The translations under genes and the position numbers were made by a program. From IMG/VR virus record IMGVR_UViG_3300027780_000014, positions 1 through 62,260 of that record: DNA of 62,260 bases; one strand, given 5' to 3'. This stretch comes from a virus. Lineage: Duplodnaviria > Caudoviricetes. Of this stretch, positions 26,875 to 37,500 are shown one piece after another. A model generated the notes under the pieces. That model was given only the letters and a program-made list of their open reading frames with translations. It did no database searches and was not told where the DNA came from. The number at the start of each line of letters is the position of its first letter. Within the stretch, counting starts at the first letter, position 1.

Positions 26875-27618
26875 ATGGATTTTCTAGAAAAATTAAAAAC
26901 TTCTGCAGCAATTGCCGGTGAAACCAACACATTAGGTGGAGGTGGTGGCATTCTTGAATCAGGTGCTTATGAAATGACAGTTGAAACTGCTTATTTCGAT
27001 ACATCATCAGGTGGTGCAACAAGCTTAAATCTTGTATTTAAGTCTAATGATGGTCAAACATTACGTCAGACTATTTACGTGACATCTGGCACTGCTAAAG
27101 GCGGATTAAACACCTATGTTGATAAACGGACAGGTACAAAAAAGTATCTTCCTGGATTTAATACAGCTAACTCTATTTGTTTGTTGGCTACTGGTGAAGA
27201 AATTTCTGCTCAAGAAATTGAAACTAAAACTCTTAAAATCATGGACTGGAATGAGCGCAAAGAAGTGCCTCAGCAAAAGTCAGTGGTTATGACTCTCTTA
27301 GGTAAAGATATTACTCTTGGCGTTAAGAAAGTTATTGAGAATAAACGTGAACAAGATGCATCTGGTGCATGGGTTTCTGCTTCAAGCGGTGAAACACGCA
27401 CTCTTAACGAGATTGATAAAGTCTTTCGTGCAGGTGATCATATGACTACTCCTGAGATTCTTGATGAAGCTGCTAACGCAGATTTCTACACAAGTTGGGT
27501 AGCCAAGAACACAGGTGTTAATCGTGATAAGTCTAGTGCTAAAGCAGGTGAATTTGTTGCTACTGCATCTGCATCTAGTGATACGTCAGCAGCTCCTAAA
27601 AAGAGTTTGTTCGCCTAA
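26875..27618 (+). CDS. ssb: single-stranded DNA-binding protein (N4 gp45-like)
   Basis: LGGG...LESG.Y, YVTSG.AKGG, YLPGF, NEIDKVF and a KKSLFA tail. Confidence 0.88.
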   Translation: MDFLEKLKTSAAIAGETNTLGGGGGILESGAYEMTVETAYFDTSSGGATSLNLVFKSNDGQTLRQTIYVTSGTAKGGLNTYVDKRTGTKKYLPGFNTANSICLLATGEEISAQEIETKTLKIMDWNERKEVPQQKSVVMTLLGKDITLGVKKVIENKREQDASGAWVSASSGETRTLNEIDKVFRAGDHMTTPEILDEAANADFYTSWVAKNTGVNRDKSSAKAGEFVATASASSDTSAAPKKSLFA

Positions 27619-28004
27619 TGCAGAAGACATTCTCTTCTCCGTTGAGTGTTCTGGTTAATAGGCGAGGAAGGAAGTTTATCCTGAATCTAAATAACTATAG
27701 GAACACTCACTATCAGACACTTAATAAAGCAAAAATCGTATATAAAGAAGATATGCGAGACCAACTCGTTGGTTCTAAGTTTAAGTGTCCGATAGAGGTT
27801 GAGTATTGTCTAATGCCCAAAACAGCCCGTAGAACGGACTTAGGCAATGTGCTGTCTGTTCATCAGAAGTACTTTGAAGACGCTCTTGTAGAGCTCGGAT
27901 GCATACCTGATGACGACTATAAGCACATAGTCCGTACTACTTTTGTATTTGGTAAAAAAGATAAAGATAATCCACAAGTCATCATTAAAGTTAAGGAGTT
28001 GTGA
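27618..28004 (+). CDS. RusA-like Holliday junction resolvase
   Basis: LNLNNYRN, RTDLGN, K...DAL...G.IPDD motifs. Confidence 0.85.
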   Translation: MQKTFSSPLSVLVNRRGRKFILNLNNYRNTHYQTLNKAKIVYKEDMRDQLVGSKFKCPIEVEYCLMPKTARRTDLGNVLSVHQKYFEDALVELGCIPDDDYKHIVRTTFVFGKKDKDNPQVIIKVKEL

Positions 28005-28402
28005 TGGACATTAAAATGAAAACCGAAGATGTGCAAGAAGCCATCCGAGAGTACTATATAAGACGGGGGTATTCTAGGGATCAATTAATAGATATCCACG
28101 TTAAGGGAGGTCGCAAAGTTAAAGGCAATGATGTGCCTAATAACGGTACGGTAGAATTAACTTTAAAGGACGCATACATTTGTCCTATTGAAGATGACAT
28201 TATACCTCCTCCAACATTTAACGCAGCATCTGAAGATGTAACTAGCATTGTTAACGACTTAGAAAATATTATGGATAATATACCTCCTGAATTGTCTGAA
28301 GACAAACAGTTAGAAATGTTGTTAGAAATTGCCGGTGATTTACCAATGAATGTAGCTGAACCAGTTACAGCTGGTAGTAAATTTAAGAGTCTATTCTCAT
28401 GA
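28001..28402 (+). CDS. hypothetical protein with acidic linker and KSLFS tail
   Basis: AAGGAG SD; last large middle gene. Confidence 0.75.
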   Translation: MMDIKMKTEDVQEAIREYYIRRGYSRDQLIDIHVKGGRKVKGNDVPNNGTVELTLKDAYICPIEDDIIPPPTFNAASEDVTSIVNDLENIMDNIPPELSEDKQLEMLLEIAGDLPMNVAEPVTAGSKFKSLFS

Positions 28403-28563
28403 AATCATTTATAACAAATATAAAAGTACTGCTAACTACTGGTTTAATCTTTGGATTAATTGTAGCTGCACCTTTTATGATTGTTATAGCCGGTATTTTT
28501 TTCTCATTATTAGCAGCCTGGTTTGTGGCCAAGCTGCTATTTATGAATGACGATAGCAATTAA
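28399..28563 (+). CDS. small membrane protein (54 aa)
   Basis: MKSFITNIKVLLTTGLIFGLIVAAPFMIVIAGIFFSLLAAWFVAKLLFMNDDSN; ATGA overlap; stop overlaps the vRNAP stop. Confidence 0.65.
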   Translation: MKSFITNIKVLLTTGLIFGLIVAAPFMIVIAGIFFSLLAAWFVAKLLFMNDDSN

Positions 28564-31500
28564 TCTTTGCTGGGTAAGAAATTCTTACCCATTTCAATAC
28601 CACTTTGAGTAAACGCATCGTCTAAATGAGCAAAAGGACTCTTTAATATATTTAAACTCATATCACTTGGATCATCTATATTCATATTTATAAAATCTTC
28701 AAGAAATATTAACATTAACCCTTCAACAGGTCTTCCTTTCATCATTTTATAGATTACTCGTAACATCCTCATAGGATATTTAGTAAACATAGTAATTCCA
28801 GTCTCATTCATGTACTGAAGAATTTGATGATCAGGCATGTCATAGTTAACAAACAAATCCCTTACAAGGTTTTCTGTTTCATCCTTACCAATCCCTTCTA
28901 TTTCAGTCTTATATTTAAAGACTGCCTGCCTTGCAACAAAATCACTATATTGAGTAGTTTTTAACAGTAGCTTAAACATTGATGTGTCATCTGACATATA
29001 TGTATATCTACTAACATTTTTTACACCACTATAAACTTTTTCTAAAGTTTTATTTTTACTAGCAAATTTATCCATCTTTCCAGAAAGAGCGCTTGCATAA
29101 GAATATGGATCAGATTCAACATCTATTTCTTCTGTTATGCTCTGAAACATGCCTCTTTTTATTAATTCGCGTACTGAGCTGTTATTAATAGATTTCCAAT
29201 AAGAATCTATTGAACTTTGCGCATCTTTCATACCTTGGACATCATTTAAAGCTTTTGCAGTTTTTAAAGATGATTTAGCTACAAATAAAGCTCGTTTAGT
29301 AGTCATGTAATCATTTAAATCTTTTGCAGCTCTTAACTGTTCTTTGATCATATACTCTATCGGAACACCATTTAACCAGCCAACAATAGTATTAGAAAAA
29401 ATGTTGTGATACAAAACAGATCCTGTTTTTATAACAATATTCTTTTTAGCCATAGAAACTATTTCTTTCCAAATTACTTCGGCAATTTTAACTACCCTGT
29501 GATTTAGAAAAGGTAAATTAGCAATACTTAAAGATCTTTGACCAAATAACACATCAATATATTTTTCATCTATAACTATTGAATCTGTACCAAATATTTT
29601 TACAATCATTCTTCTAGTTTCTGCAGGAAGTAAGCTGTATAACTCACGATGTTTTGCTTTACCAGATTTAAGACCTATTTTAACAAATTCATCAGATCTC
29701 TTTAAAAAGTTTTCATCTGCGTCGGCTTTCATAAGCCTTAAAGCTTCTTCATTTACTAATGAAGTTTGAACTTTATCTTCCATGCTACCTACTGCAGCAC
29801 TTAAAACAAAATTAGCTCTCATATCCTGTTTTAATACATTAACTTTTGTATGATCAGTCATCATATAACGAAAATCTACAATATTTTGATAAGTATCAAA
29901 AACTGGTACCATTACATTATCAGTAGTTTTATAATCAGGATTGTTTACATGTTTTGCATATTCTTTAATATTAGCAGCAACCGCATTTTTTATAGCTAAT
30001 TTAGAAGAAACATAATTATAGCTTTCACCACTTGTAGCAGTAAGCATTTGACTTAACAATGTGCCAGCTGCTTTCATGCCTGTAGTAGAAATTATACCTC
30101 TGTTATAATCTTGCAAAGTTACAAAGTCACTAGTATAAAGCGCTTTTTGCCCTTTAGATGGATCTGAAATAGAATCTGTAGGAATAGACGAAACTAGTTT
30201 ATATCCCATTTTTCTCATTTTTTCTTCTTCAGAAAGTAAAGCTACTTTTACAGAGATATTTGGATTTGTAATTGATTTAATAAAACCTTTTACTGTGTGC
30301 GTTTTATCATTTTTAAAGTTTCTTTCTAACGAATCTTTTTTAGCACTTATAGCTTGAGCCATAAACACTACAGCGCCGTTGTTTTTAGGATCAGCTTTAA
30401 TCTCTCTATCAATAATATCTGCTGTATGTATATTTACGTATTGTGCTGTATTGTCTACAGCATATAAAGTAGCTAATTCATCAATTAAAGCTTCCATTGC
30501 TACTAAATCTTTAGGCATTTTAGTATCTGATACAATACCTTTAGAATTAGCTATCATGTACGCGTTCATACGTAACATTGAAGTTCTAGTAACACCAGTA
30601 GCCATCATGACGCCAAGACCTTCACTTTGTTTTACGTAATGTGCTCCTATAGTTCCTAACGCTAACAATTGTTTACGTATATCTTTTATTCTTTTAGAAC
30701 GTACACCATTAGTGTTACGAAGTATGTTCATTAACTTCGGAAAATCTTCCCTGTTTAAGTTAGGTATTAAACTATATAACTCAGTTTTTAAAATAGATTT
30801 AGTAAATGCTTCCCAATCTCTTTTTACCATTTCAGTTTTAAAACTAATTTCAATATGATCTTTAGTACCTTCAATCACAGATTTACGATTTTGGTCAATT
30901 TTTGTGTTTGATATAGCAAGCATATGCTCAACTTTACGATCCATGTCATTCATAGGGCCGGCTATCGTTCTTAAAATATACACTAACAAGCTATTTTTAC
31001 TTATACGTAAACGTTTACGTGACAATTCTAAACTTGCTCTAAATGGCATATCTACCATTACTACTTGGCCATTTTCTTCTAAAGGTAACTGGGGTACTTC
31101 AGCTTCTAAAGCTGCACCTACTACGTTAGTTAGATTACGAACTACTAAACCTCCTGGGCCTGAGTATTGAGAACTTTTTAACATAGCTTTTTGCATAGGT
31201 GTAAACACCCATTGAGTAATTTTTCTTGAAATAGGCCCATCTAATGCACCCATTGCTCCCATTAATCTTTTGGTGTTAAAACGGCTTTTAGAATCTACTC
31301 TATTTAAAGCAACTACCATTTGTATTAATGCTTCGTCAGCTGTTTTTCCTTGGTTCTTAACTCTACCAATTATTGCGTCAACCATTTTAAGAAAAAGCTC
31401 TTGTATACGGCCACCTAAAGTTGTAGCTGCAGTTCTTTCAGCTTTAAAAGGCATTTCTGACATTTCTGACATTAACCTAGCATCTGTTAATCCAAAAGCC

Positions 31501-34500
31501 ACAAATTCATGTATGCCTCTAGGACTAGCTTTATTTTTATTACCTGCAGTCCAAAAAACTCCTTCTTGTCCAAATATGTAATTGTATGTAGCTTTAGCAT
31601 TTGCCAGCTCTGCTTCTTTATCATATTTATGACCAATTAAGAATTCATCTTCTGACATAAATGCTTTCCAACCTTCTCCTTTATATTTAGCATCTAAATA
31701 TCTACGAGTACGTTCTCGTAAATTAATAATTTGATTAGCTACAGGTGCTAGCTTTGCATCATCAAACATAAATCTGCTAACTGCGTGTGCTAACTCGTGT
31801 ACATAAGTAGTGCGTTCAGAACCATGATTAAGAAGAATATTACTACCACTGTTTACACCAAAATTAAGTAATATGTCTTGATCTTCAAGAGCTCCAACAT
31901 TTTTGTTGCCAGCTCTTCTCATTTTTAAACTAAAATCACCTAAAGCATTAAGCCCTGGTGCAATTACAGTAGCTAATAATTTTCTTAAATGTGATAAATG
32001 CTCTACTGAATCTACTGAATTACCTTGTCTGTCGCCCCTACCTAAAGTATCAAAAATGTCTAATGCATTATGCCCAGACAATATTTCACTATCTGACTCT
32101 ACAAAAGTCTCTGGATTAATATCAGAATCAACACTTGAGTTTAATGGTTTTGGTTTGTTTTGTTCAAAAAACTGTTCAACATCTTTTGTTAAAAACAACT
32201 CATCTAATAAATCAAATTCAGGGTCTTGTATAACGTCAGGATTTAAAATATTGTCCTTAGCTGATGTCTCTATTCCTAAATGATCTGATCTACGAAGTAT
32301 TTCTTTAAACAACACTTCTTTATTTTCATTCATAAGTTTTTGTGTTTCTTTAACACTTTTTAACATTGCTGCTAAGTTTGTATTAAATAATACGTTACCT
32401 TCTGAATCATCTTTTACTATTTCACTAAATTTTCTACGTGCTGCTGGATTAGCTACAAAAGCAGCAATTGAATTCTCAAGCATAAGTACAGCATTATCAA
32501 ACATTGAGTATTCATAGTTAATTGCAAGAATTGCTTCATTGTAATCTTGAGCATGAGAAGTAGCGTTAAGTATGTTAGAAAAAATTGCATCAAACATATG
32601 CATTACAGGAGCTTTACCTAAAATAGTGCGCATAACTGCATCATCAATGCCCTGTATAAGCCTAGCTATTAAGCTAACACCAGGAGTTTGATCTAAGCTT
32701 ACAGATATACCAGAACTTGTGCTTTTAGCGCCTCTAGCGCTGTTTGGTAGCCTTACTGTAACTTTATCAACGCCACTATCGTATGTACGTTTCTTATCTC
32801 TTTTATAACCGTAAAGTCTTTCACTATCTTTGCTTGTATCAAAGAATTTTATAAATGGTTGCAAGCCTTTTAAAGTAGGATCATTATCTAAAAGTTCCTG
32901 CATGTCGTTAGTTGTGTAATCAATACCGGCATTTGCTCTATACCCTTTTTCTGCAATTTCTTGAAATACTTTCCATACATGAAATACAGTATTACCTACG
33001 TCATTAAGCTGACCCCCTAATCCAGCAAAGTCATTACCTATTTTAGACATACTGCTAATTAAAGCTCCTCCATAAACTTTATTAACCATAACACGGAACT
33101 TAATTTCTTCTGGGCTTCTGCCGTACAAACGATACCCGGCAGGTACAGCGTTACCTTCAGCATCTGTTGAAGCAGGTTTCCATTTAGTATCTAAAATAAA
33201 ACTTTTATAATTAGCTTCACTTATTCTATCTTCACTAATTGCACGAACTTTAAATGGATTTTTACCACCCATTGTTTTGTAATCTGTCTGCAATACTGCA
33301 TTTAATAATGCTAAAGCCTCTTTACGTACATTAAAATCAGTGTCTGTAAGCTTTTCATAAAGCATAGTTACTGCAGAATCTATGTAACTTTCTTTTAATG
33401 CTGCTTCACCTGCACCGTAGTTACTTTGCAATACTGGATCTTTAGCTTGATCACGGTCAGGGTATCCTAAAAGATTAATAAGACTTGCAACTTCTGGCAC
33501 GTTTGCATTGTGCTCAGATGCTTTAATATCTTCTGCCCACAAATTAGCAAGCATTACATAGTTATCAGCATTCTTTTTACCGTACTTAATGAAACTAGTG
33601 TCAGTGTCGTATAAACCACCAGCTCTTAATTTTATTAAAGCAGATTCAGTAAATAAACCAGCATTAAGAAGACTTAAAATTAAACCACTAGTAGTCGCGT
33701 CTGTTTCTATGCTTATGTTAACTGTGACATTTTTATTGCCGGTCTCTACTGCTTTATAGTATTTACCTAGCGCTATTAAACCCTCTACTGCTAAAGTACC
33801 TTCTAAACCATATTTAGCTGCAACAACAAAAGGATTAGCACCTTTTTGTACTTCTCTACCTGCTTTTCCAATATCGTTTCTTTTGTTTACAACACCATCG
33901 CCTATTACACGTTCAAAGTTTTTATTTATCTCTAAGAAACTATTTTTATCAACAGAAAGCTTAGGATTCTCTAAAAGAGCTTGAGTTATAGCAACTTTAA
34001 GCATTTGCATGTGATATGCATTATCTAGATCCAAATCTTGTTGAAAGCTCTCTCCTGTAGTGCTATCTGTTGGATATATAAGATGCCTAATTATCTTAGA
34101 AGACTGAGGAGATACAGCCGATTGTGCCATACCACTTCTGCTGTTATTCCAGCTGTTATAAGTATAGTAAAAATCATCTTGTTTCTTTTCTGCTAATATG
34201 TCAAAAAACGTTATAGCATCTTCAATTTCTCGCAGTATGCTGTTATTAACAGCTTCTGCAGCTTCTTTTGCATAAAGTGGTACATCCTCCAAACTTTCTT
34301 TGTATCCTGAAATATCTTTTAAAGCTTGAATAGTTTCTTCACGAGAGTCTCCGTTTAATAACTCTATAAATTCTGGTTTAAATCTCCACTCAACAGATTG
34401 TGCATAATCAAGATCCTCACTAACTTTCTTAGGAATCTTAATATTAGTGTTTAAATATCTAGTATTTTCATTAGTTTTACTAGGAATAAGAGATGGAAAA

Positions 34501-37500
34501 TCCTTTTGTGATTCTAAATTAAATAATTTATCCATAACACTTGAAGTAGAAGATTCTATTCCAGCATCTGTAATAGAATAATCATCAATCATTTTACGTA
34601 CTTTTGGTGCTACTATTTCTTTTTTACCTACTTTAACTACCGCTACTCTTACAAACTGTACTGTGTTTTCGCTTTCAGCTGTTCCAATACTAGATTCTTC
34701 ATTAGCATTGTTAATGTTCTTACTGCCTTTACCATCATAATTAATAGTCTCTACATCTAATGCGGAGCGGGGCAGCGAAGGTCGTGTTACTAAGCCCATT
34801 TCTTCAAGCATAAGAATTGAGTGTAAACCTAATGACGTAACTAATTGTGCTTCTAAGTTTTTATTTGCTGCACCTGTACCTTTTAAACCCAATTGTTTAA
34901 CAATCATAGAGCCTATAAGATCAGCCATATTTGATTGAGTTGTACCTATTCTACGAAATGGTGCCATCTGTCGGTTAGTTAATTTAGTTCTGCTATCTAA
35001 ACCTAATAATTGTTTTACAGCAGCGTCATCATTCCATAGTAAACCAGTGCCCATAGTGCTCAAATAACTGTAAGCGCTCATAGCCATAATGCTTAATATA
35101 TTTGGATCCAGGTATCCTGTATTAACAATATTTCCATCTTTATCTGTGTAACTTATTTGCTTTAAAAGATAGTTTATTGGATCTTCAACAAGACGGTCTT
35201 CTTTTCCTTTTTCACCCGTCCAGCTATGGTCTATAGCTTGATTCCCAGTTTCACTAACACTGTCTACGGTGTATTTAATTACTTTAGCGCTAGCTTTAAC
35301 AAATTCATCATTAAACCTTACAAGAATGTTAACAGTTTTTAATTCTTCTTTGCTCATGTTTAAAAATGCAGAGTTCTTTTTAATAGCATTAAAAACATTA
35401 CGAACTGTTTTAAATAAATTGCGCTTGTTTAAAGTCTCTTTGATTACTTCATCAGACTTAGTTTCTTTTTCTTTTTTGGCTTGGAAAACACTAGCTATTG
35501 TCTTACCTAATCCAAGTGCAACATCATAAGATGTTTGCCAAATAGTATTCTGTACAAACTGTACATTCTTAGCCCCAGGGTTAACAGCAGCTACATGCTC
35601 TGGATCAATGGATGTGCCTTTAAGCATATCATTGACTAATTCGTACACCTCTAACTCTGCTACTGAAGCAGTGGTATCTACTTTCTTTTGTTCAGCAGCT
35701 ACTACTTTATTGAGCTCAGTTATTTCTTTGTTCCAAGTGTCAATAATTTTAGCGTATTTAGGGTCGTTCTTTTTACCTTCATTAAATAAACTATTTAACT
35801 TATCTTGTACAACAAGTACTGCTCTTTTAGCTAAAAGCAAACCTACTGAAGTATTACCCACATTGGGGTCAATTGTTTCAGGTGCTTTACCTATATTCTT
35901 ATCATTAAATACCACTCTTAAAGCTACAAGATTAGCCTGTGCTTCCATTTCAATAGCTGTATTGCTTAGATACTTATTATTTTTTGCTTCTTCAGTTGTT
36001 AAACCACTATCTGTTGCATGTGATCTGCTTTTGTCAGACATGTAGTCATTAATGTGCAACACGCCTTTATTAACAGGCTTATCATGCTGTTTAAAATGAT
36101 ACATTTCGTGTTGTATAACAAAATTAACAACTTCTTCTTCAGTCATGCTTTCTAATAAAGCTAAAAAGTCTATGCCGTATTTAGCGTTCATAAACGTTGT
36201 TACAATACTTTTTTGTTGTCCAGTAGGTGTTGTACTGTTTTTAAGATATTCTAAAACTTCTGCTTTAGTTAACCCTTCTTTAACGCGTATAACACGATTT
36301 ACAACATCAGCCCTAGCTAGTGCTCCATCTAAGCCCTCTATAACTCGTAATATTGTAGGCATTGTTTTTGCATTAGATACAAGTGGCTCTTCAGCCACTG
36401 TAGCCTCTTCTGAGGCGACTGTATCAGCTACCTTAGTTGGGCGCTTAACTTGCTTAGTAGTTGTCTCAGAGGGCTCTATAAGAGCTCCTAAGTCCTCTGT
36501 AGTTACAGAGCTAGTTGTAGCTTTAGAACCTTTACCGTCATCACCTAGATATTTCTTTATTGCAAGAAGATCTGAAATAGCATCTTTGTACTGTGCTTTC
36601 TCTTTACTTGTACGCACAGTAAGGTTTTGAATATTTCTTGCTCTATCACGCAATCGTGCACGTAACGTTTCTAAAACATCATTACCTATGTTTTTTAAAG
36701 CTTTACCTGCTCTTTTGCCTGTTTTAAATAAGTAATCACCTGGACTAACAGTTGGTTCGACTGAACTAACATTTGGTTCATTATATCCAGCAATACTACT
36801 TGCTAAACGCGCTACTCGTCTATTTGCGCTAGCTAATTTTTCTTTGCTAGTTATATTCTTTGCTAATAATTCAGCTGATTGTGCATTATCTGTATTATTA
36901 TTTATCGCTAATTGTGATTCATCAACAGCTTTTGTATATTTTAATACATCAGCTTCTGCATCTTTTAAATTCTTTGGTGCTGCTTCTCTTACTCTTTTTT
37001 GTAAAGGGGTTTCAGAACGTGGCTTAGCAGCTTTATTTTCTGTTGTTGGCTCTACAGTAGCTTGATCAGTATCTATTTCCCAAGGAGGAAGTTCAGTTTC
37101 TACGCTTTTACCATCGTCACCTAAATATTCGTTAATACCTAAGATATCAGAACGAGCACTTTTTTGACTTGCTTTAATACTGTTAGCTGCTTGTGGAGAT
37201 ATAATATTACCAGACTTTACTCTAGCATTATTTTTTTCCATTCTAATACGTAAATTTTCTCTTACTTTTCCAAGTTCTTCATCACTATAATCTGTTAAAG
37301 CTTTACCGGTACGGCCTCCTAAATTAGATGACCCAAAAGTATACCCAACAGCAGGTGCGCTAGTACCATTTACTGTGTTATTAACTTGAGCTAAGTAACT
37401 AGCAATTATTTTATTTTCTTTTGCAACTTGGTTCTGTAATGATTTAATTTGCCCATCATTAGTAGAGTTCCATACTTTACCTACGCTATCTTCTGTAAAT

